A stretch of DNA of 63,961 nucleotides, filler included, from a bacterium (lineage in GTDB: Bacteria > UBA9089 > CG2-30-40-21 > SBAY01): NCBI GenBank assembly GCA_040757115.1. It is 8 parts of 8 records of this genome, joined end to end, with 100 filler letters (N's around TTAATTAATTAA, not from the genome) between each part and the next. Parts side by side here need not be neighbours in the genome. Positions count along the whole stretch, not along the records: positions 25,046 to 33,242 come from JBFLYA010000169.1; positions 33,343 to 41,509 come from JBFLYA010000170.1; 6 more parts are not named here. One strand, written 5' to 3'. The notes beneath the pieces were generated by a model. It was not told where the DNA came from and did no database searches. It saw only the letters and a list, made by a program, of their open reading frames with translations. Position numbers and translations under genes: made by a program. Shown here one piece after another: positions 28,698 through 38,363 of the stretch (its first letter is position 1; each line of letters starts with the position of its first letter).

Positions 28698-29876
28698 CTA
28701 CCTATCTATCTCCCCCAAAACAATGTCCAGACTGCCGATGATGGCAACGACATCTGCAACCATCATTCCACCTTCAATCATCCTGTCAATAGACTGCAAA
28801 TTAGCAAAAGATGGCGGACGAATTTTTAAACGATATGGTTTATTTGAGCCATCTGAGATGATATAAAATCCAAGTTCTCCCTTTGGAGCTTCGATAGACT
28901 GATAGATCTCTTTTTGAGGTGGTTTAAATCCTTCAATGACTAATTTGAAATGGTGGATAAGTGCTTCTATGTCTGTCAAAACCTTATCTTTTGGTGGTGG
29001 AACAATTTTTGCCTCTTTGGCAATAAAATCACCCTCAGGGATTTGAGCAAGAGCCTGTTGGACAATTCTACAACTCTGTCTCATCTCTTCCATTCGCACC
29101 AAATATCTATCGTAAACATCCCCTACCCCTCTACCCGTAGGAATATCAAACTCAAGTTCACCATAGACACAATACGGTTCTACTTTACGAATATCCCATT
29201 GAACACCGCTACCTCGCAATGAGGGGCCAGAAAGGCTATAATTAATTCCATCCTCTTTCGAAATAATACCGACAAATTGGGTGCGTCGGAGCCAAATCTC
29301 ATTTTTAGTCAATAAAGCCTCATATTCATCTACCTTTTTGGGAAATATCTTCACAAATTTTTCTACCTTTTCAACAAATCCTGTGGGTATATCTTGTGGC
29401 AAACCACCTATTCTAAAACAGGAGGTAGTGAGTCTTGCTCCACAGAATAATTCATAAATATCCAGGATTGCCTCTCTTTCACGAAAGGCATATAAAAATG
29501 GGGTATAGGCACCAATGTCAAGGGCATGAGTCCCTATCCAGACTAAATGACTGGCAATTCTATTTAATTCAGTAAGTATAACGCGAATATAACTTGCTCG
29601 TTTTGGGACTTCCAAATTGAGTAATTTCTCGACTGCCAAACAATAAGCCAGGTTATTGGAGACAGCGGCTAAATAGTCCAACCTATCCGTTACAGGCAAA
29701 AATTGGGCATAGGTCATATTTTCCGCCATTTTCTCTATCCCGCGATGTAAATAACCGATATGTGGAGTAATTTTGGTAATAATTTCCCCATCTAAATTTA
29801 ACACCAGCCGCAAAACACCATGCGTGCTTGGGTGTTGAGGACCCATATTAATTGTTAATTCTTGAGTATCAGGCAT
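28698..29876 (-). CDS. nuoD: NADH-quinone oxidoreductase subunit D
   Basis: NMGPQHPSTHGVLRL, GYLHRG, DRLDY, DIVLGEIDR. Confidence 0.97.
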   Translation of the reverse strand: MPDTQELTINMGPQHPSTHGVLRLVLNLDGEIITKITPHIGYLHRGIEKMAENMTYAQFLPVTDRLDYLAAVSNNLAYCLAVEKLLNLEVPKRASYIRVILTELNRIASHLVWIGTHALDIGAYTPFLYAFREREAILDIYELFCGARLTTSCFRIGGLPQDIPTGFVEKVEKFVKIFPKKVDEYEALLTKNEIWLRRTQFVGIISKEDGINYSLSGPSLRGSGVQWDIRKVEPYCVYGELEFDIPTGRGVGDVYDRYLVRMEEMRQSCRIVQQALAQIPEGDFIAKEAKIVPPPKDKVLTDIEALIHHFKLVIEGFKPPQKEIYQSIEAPKGELGFYIISDGSNKPYRLKIRPPSFANLQSIDRMIEGGMMVADVVAIIGSLDIVLGEIDR

Positions 29877-29890
29877 TTTTATCTCCTGTT

Positions 29891-30070
29891 TTATCGTATG
29901 GGTTTAAATTTTTTTAAATATTTAGCCCTTTTATATAATTCAAAAGCAATTCTAATCTTTTTTTCAAAAGGTTCTTTGGCAAATATCATCCGACTCTCTT
30001 CTTTTGATTTAAAAATTTTCTTTCTATATCTTTCAATATCTTTTTGATTTGTTGCTACTACATTATTCAT
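29891..30070 (-). CDS. Small basic hypothetical protein (59 aa, below the ORF-track cutoff)
   Basis: MNNVVATNQKDIERYRKKIFKSKEESRMIFAKEPFEKKIRIAFELYKRAKYLKKFKPIR; overlaps the NTase stop. Confidence 0.6.
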   Translation of the reverse strand: MNNVVATNQKDIERYRKKIFKSKEESRMIFAKEPFEKKIRIAFELYKRAKYLKKFKPIR

Positions 30071-30596
30071 AATATTTTTTTACAAATTCATCAAACTTTT
30101 TATCTAATCCATATCTTTGCAAAATATCTGTCAAGAAAGATTTGTTTATCCTGGTTTGGTCTAAAAGTTTTATTAATTTATCCCTATCTTTCGGCCTATA
30201 GACTTTCAAAAATATTGCTATTAAGTATTCTGGCTTCATAATCTTAATATTCACATTTTTATATTTTACTGCGATGGCTTCTTTAACAGCTTCCTTTTCC
30301 AAATCTGTACTTGAAGGAATGAACTGAATTGGTATATCTCCTATGATAACATATTCTTTATGTGTCTTATATCCTTTTTTCAATAAGAAATCATAGAAAG
30401 GTGTTAATATTATTATCTTTTCTTTCGCTGGTGGAATGAAAAAAATATCTATGTCTTGAGTAGCAAATGGTTCGGTATAATAAATCGTAGCCACTGCTCC
30501 GCCAATTGCATAATCTTTAAGGATTCCCTCCTGACACATTTTATCAATTAGATTAAATACCCTTTCTATTCCTTTATTTTCATTTTCCTTTTTCAT
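30063..30596 (-). CDS. Nucleotidyltransferase-fold protein
   Basis: YAIGGAVA...TQDIDIF and K..R.KD motifs. Confidence 0.8.
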   Translation of the reverse strand: MKKENENKGIERVFNLIDKMCQEGILKDYAIGGAVATIYYTEPFATQDIDIFFIPPAKEKIIILTPFYDFLLKKGYKTHKEYVIIGDIPIQFIPSSTDLEKEAVKEAIAVKYKNVNIKIMKPEYLIAIFLKVYRPKDRDKLIKLLDQTRINKSFLTDILQRYGLDKKFDEFVKKYYE

Positions 30597-30642
30597 GAAA
30601 TTTTTGACATCATCTATCCAATTTTCTCTATAAATGCTTTAG

Positions 30643-30921
30643 CTGGAGTTTCGTGAATTTTCTATGATTCCTTTCTCCTTTAATCTTTGCGTTCTTTGCG
30701 GTCGATTTCTTTGCATTCTTTGCGGTTAAAAAAGGATAAATCGCAAAGGGCACAAAGGGAAGAAAATAGGTAAAGCATTTTTTATCAACTCAACTTCAAA
30801 GAATAAGTTGCAAAAAAATCATCAGGCTTTTGAGCCTAATTTTGCCCTCTTTGAACAAAATAAACAGATTGATAAGGATAAAGAGAATTTTAGAAGTAGC
30901 ATAAAATTTACGAAAGTCCAG
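30643..30921. mobile_element. TIR element (CTGGA.TTTCGT.AATTTT)
   Basis: Inverted ends; internal CTTTGCG / CGCAAAG periodic arms. Confidence 0.6.
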
Positions 30922-31010
30922 TAAGTAAGTATGTATGTATTATACATCCTTTCTCTCTCTTAACCGATTCTACCTTTTAATCTCTTTTCCCCTTGCTGTC
31001 GGTTCATCTT

Positions 31011-31388
31011 CTATCCAATTTTTTCAATAAAATCCTTTGCAGCCTTAAAATACTCCTTGACTGCCTGGGTATTATAAATAAGTCCTCTATAATAACCTGC
31101 TATGTGCAAAGCATCATAAAGCATTTCAAACTCCCTCATCAACTTTCCATTATGAATAGCCAGATGCTTTCTTAATGCTTCTCTATATCCATCCACTGAC
31201 TTTGGAATCTCTTTCTTTGTCATCTGCTTTTTTTTAATCAGATATTCGTTTATTGCCTCAAGAATGGCCAGATATGCTGTGGCAAAAGCCTCTCGGACAG
31301 GCTTAATATCAAGATAGGTATTATCTTCTATGGGAATAGATTTTAATATCTCCTTTGCATTATTTAAATACCTTAATGACTCCTTCAT
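31011..31388 (-). CDS. DUF5618-like (HEPN-related) protein
   Basis: RYLNNAKEIL...Y.D.K.V...AY.AIL.A...LHIAGYYRG. Confidence 0.75.
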   Translation of the reverse strand: MKESLRYLNNAKEILKSIPIEDNTYLDIKPVREAFATAYLAILEAINEYLIKKKQMTKKEIPKSVDGYREALRKHLAIHNGKLMREFEMLYDALHIAGYYRGLIYNTQAVKEYFKAAKDFIEKIG

Positions 31389-31913
31389 TCTTTCATATCT
31401 CCTTTATTTTTAAATTACTTAAAGTATATTATCTATTTCTCGCAAAGGCGCAAAGGTCGCAAAGGGAACAATATCATTTATCATCCTGTCCTGGCAATCA
31501 CAACCTTAATTAATTCTATACATTCAGGACTATTTTTGACAGGATGAGACACACCCCTACACCTCTCTCAAAAAGAGATAGGATTGGCATGATTTTTTAT
31601 CCTGTTCATCCTGTAACTCCTGTCAAAAGACCTGAATAGTTATCTATCAACAATAACTTTGGATAATTCATTTCCATTTATTGCAACCGTTCAGGTGTAA
31701 ATAAGGGAAAAGGGAAAAAGAGGGAAAGGAATAATCGCGAATCGTGTCCGTGAGCCGTTAACCGTTGAAGAAAAACGAACACAGCTAACGAATAATTTAT
31801 TTTTCCTTTTCCCCAGTTTCTCATTTTCCATATATTACACTATTACACAGTGAACGCTTATTTTTATCCATGTTCATCTGTGCTCATCTGTGGCTAAAAA
31901 ACAAAACACGAAA

Positions 31914-32001
31914 GTAACTATTTACCACGAAGGACACGAAGAAAATTACAAGACTTAAATACCTCTTCGTGTCCTTCGTGCTCTTTGTGGTGAATAGTGA
32001 C
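31914..32001. mobile_element. Empty GTAACTATT-type element with CACGAAG arms
   Basis: GTAACTATTTACCACGAAGGACACGAAG...CTTCGTGTCCTTCGTG...TGAATAGTGAC. Confidence 0.7.
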
Positions 32002-32002
32002 A

Positions 32003-32437
32003 CTAAAAGAATCTCTCCAGCAATTTAACAAATGTAGGATTACAGAGGGTTAAGGCAAGAAGGGCAATGGCAATAAAGATATTTAACCTGAAATTAAGAC
32101 TCTTAAACCTCTCATTCATCTCCTTTTCCAAACTTTTAAACCTTTCATCAACTACATTAAACCTCTCATCAATCCAATTTTTCATACCATTAAATCTTTC
32201 ATCAACCATATTAAATCTTTCCTCAAAAATCTCTCTTGTAACAAGCTCTTTCTTTAACTCTTCTCTAACTTCTACCTTTATCATCTCTTTCTTTTCAACA
32301 ATTACCTCTTTTGCCTTCTCGTCAATCGCGATTATAGCCTGTTCTATTGCCTTAGCAAATATCTCTGCCTTCCCATTATCCCCAAATGCCTCTTTTAATA
32401 GTTCAAAACAACTTCTTGGTAATGTATATGCAATCAT
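32003..32437 (-). CDS. Hypothetical coiled-coil protein with C-terminal TM helix
   Basis: Repeated ERF heptads; hydrophobic C-terminus. Confidence 0.75.
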   Translation of the reverse strand: MIAYTLPRSCFELLKEAFGDNGKAEIFAKAIEQAIIAIDEKAKEVIVEKKEMIKVEVREELKKELVTREIFEERFNMVDERFNGMKNWIDERFNVVDERFKSLEKEMNERFKSLNFRLNIFIAIALLALTLCNPTFVKLLERFF

Positions 32438-32562
32438 TTTTTCACCTTCAATTATATTGAAACATAAAACTCAATCTTTGTCAAGAGAAATTTTTTAACT
32501 CCTGAACTGATAATTCACCTCATTTTTCTACTATTCTATTAGATAATCTATAAAAAAAGTCA

Positions 32563-32595
32563 GTAACTGTTCACCGCTCTGCAGTGAACGGTTAC
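32563..32595. mobile_element. Minimal 33-bp GTAAC-TIR hairpin
   Basis: GTAACTGTTCAC-CGCTCTGCA-GTGAACGGTTAC, 4 bp past the nuoC stop. Confidence 0.7.
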
Positions 32596-32599
32596 TCTT

Positions 32600-33055
32600 T
32601 CATTTGATTGCCTCCAGAGGATAATCCTTTCGTAAAGGATGTCCTTGCCAATCATCAGGCATTAAAATTCTTCGCAAATCAGGGTGATTATCAAATTCAA
32701 CACCCAATAAGTCATATACCTCTCGTTCAAACCAATTCGCACCTTGCCAGATTCCAGTAACAGAAGAAATAGTCTCACCATCTCCAACCGCTGTTTTTAT
32801 TCTTATTCGATGATTTTTCTCTATCGAATAAAGATGATAAACGACATCAAATCGTGGACTCCTCTCTGGATAATCTACCCCGCAAATATCCGATAGATAG
32901 ACAAAGTTTAACTCTTCATTATCGTGAAGGAATTGACAAATTTGTAATATCTTATCATTTGAGACATAAATAGTCAAATCAGGCTCAGTTTCTACCTTCA
33001 AGATATCCTTTTTAAATTTATCTTTAATAATTTTTGTTATTTCCTGGTTAGTCAT
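32600..33055 (-). CDS. nuoC: NADH-quinone oxidoreductase subunit C
   Basis: GVDYP..RFDVVYHL, ANWFEREVYDL.G, HPDLRRILMP..W.GHPLRKDYP. Confidence 0.96.
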   Translation of the reverse strand: MTNQEITKIIKDKFKKDILKVETEPDLTIYVSNDKILQICQFLHDNEELNFVYLSDICGVDYPERSPRFDVVYHLYSIEKNHRIRIKTAVGDGETISSVTGIWQGANWFEREVYDLLGVEFDNHPDLRRILMPDDWQGHPLRKDYPLEAIK

Positions 33056-33117
33056 TCTTTGTTCACCTTATTTGCCACAAAAAGAAGCAGGGATAATTAG
33101 TAAAATAGCGAATTAGA

Positions 33118-33242
33118 GTAAGCGTTCAGGTGGTGTAACAAAAGGAGATGTGGAGATTAAGGAGATAGGGAGATATTATTAAAAAAATTGAAATTAATAG
33201 AAACTAATAGAAATTTATGGAAATTTGTTGTTTTCCACAATC
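33118..33242 (+). mobile_element. Partial element A at contig end
   Basis: GTAAGCGTTCAGGTGGTGTAAC... Confidence 0.85.
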
Positions 33243-33342
33243 NNNNNNNNNNNNNNNNNNNNNNNNNNNNNNNNNNNNNNNNNNNNTTAATTAATTAANN
33301 NNNNNNNNNNNNNNNNNNNNNNNNNNNNNNNNNNNNNNNNNN

Positions 33343-33502
33343 TAATAGAAACTAATAGAAATTTATGGAAATTTGTTGTTTTCCACAATCAATTTCTACC
33401 TATTTCTATAAATTTCAATCTATTTCTATTATCTTATCTCCATATCACTCTTATCTCCTTATCCCCTTTCTTACACTTTTGATATATAGCCTGAACGGTT
33501 AC
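33343..33502 (+). mobile_element. Partial element A at contig start
   Basis: ...GATATATAGCCTGAACGGTTAC. Confidence 0.85.
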
Positions 33503-34822
33503 CAAAGTTTTTCCAATGCGTTTAATCACATGAGGTATCTTCAGCATCTTTTCGCGAATCCATTCTGAATATTCAATTTGCTGACAAATCTGCCGTAGAT
33601 GGTCAGCAGTATAATTAGTTCCAATGGTCCCCGCAAGGAGCAACAGTTTCGTCCAATCTGCTCCAATATTAGAAATTAATCCATCCTGAACAGCCTTTTC
33701 ATATAATATTGTCCCTGGATATGGAAACCAGATATTGGGATAAAACCGAAGACCTAAGCGGTGAAATTTACGGCGTGTTTCTTCTATAGTTCTTCTCGTT
33801 TCTCCCGGTGCAAATATACCAGCAAATGCTATCACCCTCGGGATACCCTGCTGACGACATATATTGACAGCCCGCTCCACATCAGTCCAGACAATTTGTT
33901 TATTGAACTCTTCCAGCACTGAGTTCACAGCAGATTCAACTCCCAGTTCAATCTTGTAGCAACCTGAATGAGCCAGTGCCACAGCAATTTCTTCATCGAC
34001 ACAATCAACCCGTGTCTGGATTACATAGGGAACTTTATATCGACCAAGTAACCGACATAATTCAATTGTTTGCTTCTTATCCAGGGTAAAAGTAAGGTCT
34101 TCGAAGAAAAGACATTTACATCCTTGCACTTCAATAAGTTGGTGCAATATCTTTTCCATTGAAGTTAAGGAGTGGGAACGAATTTTGAACGGTGCCAGGA
34201 CACGAAAACAGAATCTACAGTTGAACGGACAACCTCGACTACACATTAACACCCCTACTCTTCCAAATGGAAGTTTCTCAAAAATTTGCTCACATCGTCT
34301 TGAATCATACAAAAAAAAGTCAAATAATTCATAATTTGGCTCCGCCAAAATCTCTAAATATTTCGGTCCAAGTCTTCTATCATTACCTTCCAGAGCCTGT
34401 TCAATTACCCCTTCCGGCTCACCTATAATAACGCAATCAGCTTCGGAGAAATCATCGGGTGCCACAGTAGCATGGGGTCCATAAACTATAGCCCGAGCAC
34501 CAGCCTGATGAGCGGCATGTATTGACTCGTGCACATGTCCCACAAATGTCTGGCTACACCGCCAGTGACTGTATGGTGCGGTATTTACCACCACCACATC
34601 ATACGGTTTTAAGTTGATGTCTTCGGGGTGTAGTGCCAGAGCATGAGCATCAAGTATGGAAACATCAACCTTGTCTCGCAAAACTCCAGCAAGATAAGCA
34701 AAGTCCAGTGGAAGTATGCTATATCTACCAATATTGGCTGGTGTGAATGAAACATATGACCTCAGATGTTGAGGAACATACCGATTTATATCTCTATACG
34801 GATTAAGGAGTAATACTTTCAT
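33434..34822 (-). CDS. B12-binding radical SAM protein
   Basis: YGPHAT, GEPE, SRGCPFNCRFC, GVES, PYPGT; last ~22 aa derive from element A. Confidence 0.88.
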   Translation of the reverse strand: MKVLLLNPYRDINRYVPQHLRSYVSFTPANIGRYSILPLDFAYLAGVLRDKVDVSILDAHALALHPEDINLKPYDVVVVNTAPYSHWRCSQTFVGHVHESIHAAHQAGARAIVYGPHATVAPDDFSEADCVIIGEPEGVIEQALEGNDRRLGPKYLEILAEPNYELFDFFLYDSRRCEQIFEKLPFGRVGVLMCSRGCPFNCRFCFRVLAPFKIRSHSLTSMEKILHQLIEVQGCKCLFFEDLTFTLDKKQTIELCRLLGRYKVPYVIQTRVDCVDEEIAVALAHSGCYKIELGVESAVNSVLEEFNKQIVWTDVERAVNICRQQGIPRVIAFAGIFAPGETRRTIEETRRKFHRLGLRFYPNIWFPYPGTILYEKAVQDGLISNIGADWTKLLLLAGTIGTNYTADHLRQICQQIEYSEWIREKMLKIPHVIKRIGKTLVTVQAIYQKCKKGDKEIRVIWR

Positions 34823-35991
34823 ATAGTTATCCCTTGATGGGAAGATTTCTTCCGACTAATACGCCGATATACCTGAATCATCTGTTCTACCGTTTGATTC
34901 CAGGAGAAATGACTGATGGCGAAAGAATGAGCCTCTTGTCCTAATTGTTGGCGTTTATTCTTATTATTGATTAACTCTACTAAGGACTCTTCTACCATAC
35001 CAATATTGTCTGGAGGTAACAGAATAGCTCCATTGGTTAATAACTTTGGAAGTGGTCCCACTGCATAAGTTATTACCGGTATGCCTGCCGCCATAGCTTC
35101 AGTGAACACCAACCCGAAAGACTCATCTTTAGTTAAAAGTGCAAATATATCCGAATTAGTATACCAATACTCCAATTCATCTTGTGAAATATGCCCCATT
35201 AGATGCACTCTATCTTGAAGATGATGTTCATTAACTACCTGCTGAATCTTTTCCATGTCACCGCCGTCATCACCGACGAGAATCAACTGACAGGCTGATT
35301 GTATCCTATCCTGTATCCGTAAAAAACAGCAAACTAAATTCATCTGTCCCTTCTTGGCACATAACCTTCCCACAGATAATATTGTTACAGGATGGTTGTT
35401 TTCTATTTGATGAGGCTGTTTAGGAACTTCAGAACCAAGCGGTATTATTACTATTCGACTTTCGGAAAGGTGAAAGTATTGTTTCACTACTTCCTTCCCA
35501 TACTGTGATACCACATGGACTATATCAACATGATTCGCCAACCACCTGTTGAACCATAAAAATGGATATGTGCCTATGGAAAGGTGGAAATCGTGGACGA
35601 AAATAGTCATAATTTGTGCTGAGTATTTCTGGCTTAGAAAATAAGATTGCAAATTGGGTAAAAACCAATCATAAACCATATAATGGATATGTGTTGGTTG
35701 AAAACTCTGGATAACCTTTTTCATATTATGCCCGAACAATCCAGTATCGAGGTGATAAAAATATGGCATCTTTTCAGGAAAAAACCGCAAGCGAAAAACA
35801 GTCGCTCCATCTATTTGCTCTTGTGCTTGCAAACCTGTCATAATCTCAGCGGGATATCTGTAGTAACTGGTGAGAATTCCCAAAACCTCTACATCAGAAT
35901 CCATACACAACCGCTGACATAATTGTTCAACCACGCGTTCCACTCCACCTAAGTAAGGTTTGTAACAGGGTGTAACGAATAATATTCTCAT
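34819..35991 (-). CDS. Glycosyltransferase family 4 protein
   Basis: MRILFV..GGVE, SVGRL..KG, ESFGLVFTEAMAAG; ATGA overlap with the flippase. Confidence 0.9.
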   Translation of the reverse strand: MRILFVTPCYKPYLGGVERVVEQLCQRLCMDSDVEVLGILTSYYRYPAEIMTGLQAQEQIDGATVFRLRFFPEKMPYFYHLDTGLFGHNMKKVIQSFQPTHIHYMVYDWFLPNLQSYFLSQKYSAQIMTIFVHDFHLSIGTYPFLWFNRWLANHVDIVHVVSQYGKEVVKQYFHLSESRIVIIPLGSEVPKQPHQIENNHPVTILSVGRLCAKKGQMNLVCCFLRIQDRIQSACQLILVGDDGGDMEKIQQVVNEHHLQDRVHLMGHISQDELEYWYTNSDIFALLTKDESFGLVFTEAMAAGIPVITYAVGPLPKLLTNGAILLPPDNIGMVEESLVELINNKNKRQQLGQEAHSFAISHFSWNQTVEQMIQVYRRISRKKSSHQGITI

Positions 35992-37499
35992 GATTTTTCC
36001 CGCACACTCCGAATAAAAGTCTGAATTTGTCTGGGCTGAATTGCTCCTGTAACTATTATACCTATTCCATAAAATAATACCGCCAGCAATCCTCCCCAAA
36101 CAGTATCAAATAATCTGATGTGTTGAATAACAACTAAGCTGATGGTAACTGAAATAACTACCTTAACCAATATCCACCACTTTAAATGATAACCAATAAA
36201 GTGCTGTATGACAAACAATGCCAGAATTACTAATGTGATTTCTCTCATACATGTAGCGACTGCGGCACCTATGTAACTGAATCGCGGAATTAATAGAATA
36301 TTAAGAGTTGCATTGATGATTACCCCACCCATACCAAAGGCAAGCGAAAACCATTGTTGTCGTATAATAATGAACATAGGTCCTATTATAGCACTGAGGT
36401 GCATAATAGTGATTGTCAGAGCCAATATCCTCAAAGCGGGTGTGGCTTCTACTGCCTCTGGACCAAACAAATTCATAAGAAAGCCAGCCCCGGCTACTAC
36501 TCCACAAAATGTTGCCCCAGCTAACAGAATAGAACAGTCCATTCCCTGCTGATATAATTTCCTCAGGTCGTCCATGCGGTGACCCCAGTAAGACGATAAT
36601 ATGGGATATAAGGTGGTCATCAGAGCAGTAGGGATGAGCACCAACGGTAGCATAAACCGATAGGCGGCGGAATAGAGACCAACCGATTTCCAACTATCCA
36701 TCCAGGAAAGCATAAATATGTCCAGGCTGGTGTAGATACTGACCATGAACATAGATATACCTATTGGCAAGGCGGCGATAAACCCCTTTCGAATATCAAC
36801 AGTATTCCATCGCTCAATGTATAAATTGTAATCCCGGCGTCCTAAGGCAAATGCCACCAGAAAATAGACCATTCGTGAACATACAAAGGCAATAAATATG
36901 ACCGAGAGTCCTCCGCCAAAATAACAAACTTCAACCAAAAGTCCAAAAAACACCACTGTACTCACCAATTCAGCTATCATATCACACTGTATCTTAAGCA
37001 TTGCTTTAAATAATCCCTTATATATAAATATCCCTCCAAAAAATACTAATTCCAGTCCACCTATGAGCCCGGCATAAACCACCTCCTTAGAATATCCCGA
37101 TAGAACTAAGAGCCCAACAATCACTATATAGGCGACAATAATCTGGAGCATTTTGGAATATGTCAAAGCCGATAATAGTGATTGTTTTCGATATGGGTGT
37201 TGGTGAACTTCCCGAACAAAGATTTCATTTAGTCCAAAATCTAAAATGGTCTCACCAAAACTTAATATAATCAGAATGAGCGAATATTGTCCAAATCGTT
37301 CCCCTCCCCAAAAACGAAAAATGAGAAAATTACCGAGATACCTAAAAACGGTTATAATTATCCGGGCGATTACCTGCACACCGATATTTTTTAACACTGC
37401 CCAGTTAATATTTTTGGGCAATAGAGCAGTATGAACGCGTGTCTCTACCTCGTCAGTGTCATAGTTATTATCTTTGTTTGCTACTGGATTTTTATTCAT
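35988..37499 (-). CDS. Wzx-type polysaccharide flippase
   Basis: Many TM helices, DFGL, VGLYSAAYR, LNILLIP..IGAAVAT. Confidence 0.88.
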   Translation of the reverse strand: MNKNPVANKDNNYDTDEVETRVHTALLPKNINWAVLKNIGVQVIARIIITVFRYLGNFLIFRFWGGERFGQYSLILIILSFGETILDFGLNEIFVREVHQHPYRKQSLLSALTYSKMLQIIVAYIVIVGLLVLSGYSKEVVYAGLIGGLELVFFGGIFIYKGLFKAMLKIQCDMIAELVSTVVFFGLLVEVCYFGGGLSVIFIAFVCSRMVYFLVAFALGRRDYNLYIERWNTVDIRKGFIAALPIGISMFMVSIYTSLDIFMLSWMDSWKSVGLYSAAYRFMLPLVLIPTALMTTLYPILSSYWGHRMDDLRKLYQQGMDCSILLAGATFCGVVAGAGFLMNLFGPEAVEATPALRILALTITIMHLSAIIGPMFIIIRQQWFSLAFGMGGVIINATLNILLIPRFSYIGAAVATCMREITLVILALFVIQHFIGYHLKWWILVKVVISVTISLVVIQHIRLFDTVWGGLLAVLFYGIGIIVTGAIQPRQIQTFIRSVREKS

Positions 37500-37517
37500 T
37501 TGCCTGTTGAGTTTTTT

Positions 37518-37996
37518 GTAACCGTTCAGCCACAGAGGCACAGAGTTCACAAAGAATTAGAGAAATTAGCCACAAATGGACACGAATTAACCTGTGACAT
37601 TCGATAAATGTAGTGCGAACCTTATTGCTTTTTCATAAATAGGTTCCTCTTTTGGGGAGAGCGATAGCAAGAAGAACTTTAATGTAAATATCAAAATGCA
37701 AATATCAAAATTACAATGCAAAATGCAAAAATACTTGTAAATTAACAAAGTAGCTGGAGAATATTTTGATTTTTGATTTGTAATTTTACATTTTGATGTT
37801 TGATTTTTAATTTATTTTATGGTATTCCAGAAAAGTGGAAGTTAATTTTGCAAAAACCATTAGGTTCGCTTTCCTGTTTGCCAGAAGCGAGGCTAAAGCC
37901 TCGCACTACAAATCTTTTTATTATTCGTGTTCATTCGTGGTTATATATTCCCTCTGTGTTCTCTGTAACTCTGTGGCTATATCCCTGAACGGTTAC
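37518..37996. mobile_element. Element C with a different nested 7-mer-arm element (about 37623-37861)
   Basis: GTAACCGTTCAG...CTGAACGGTTAC; reverse homolog of 17291-17708. Confidence 0.8.
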
Positions 37997-38363
37997 CCTT
38001 TTTTCAATCTTTCCACATTGAAATTTATCAATAGACCAACCTTGATATTTGCCAATTTCATATATGGTAATGGGTCAGTGAAATGGGGGATTCTCCTGAA
38101 AGTAGGAAGTAGGAGAGTAGGAAAGTAGGAAAGGGGGAGACATTGCCCCCAGAAGAGGAATACCGTGCACATCCTTTATCCCTTTCCTACTTACCTACTA
38201 CCTACTTGCCTACTATTTTCATTTCTTTGTCCTCCGCAGGTTAATGTTCATTCCCCCAAATAACTGACTTATTACCATATATGTCAATATTTGAGCTTCA
38301 TGAATTCGATAATTCATCAAATTTCACTTCGTGCTCTCCGTGTCCTTCGTGGTGAATAGTTAC
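37997..38363 (-). pseudogene. GxxExxY remnant, internally deleted and interrupted by a MITE
   Basis: (V/M)KFDELSN / IHEAQILTY [insertion] MKLANIKVGLLINFNVERLKKG. Confidence 0.8.
38066..38276. mobile_element. MITE with GGTAAT..GTCAGT TIR
   Basis: 12/14 TIR match; ATATAT duplicated on both sides; AGTAGG / CCTACT arms. Confidence 0.82.
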
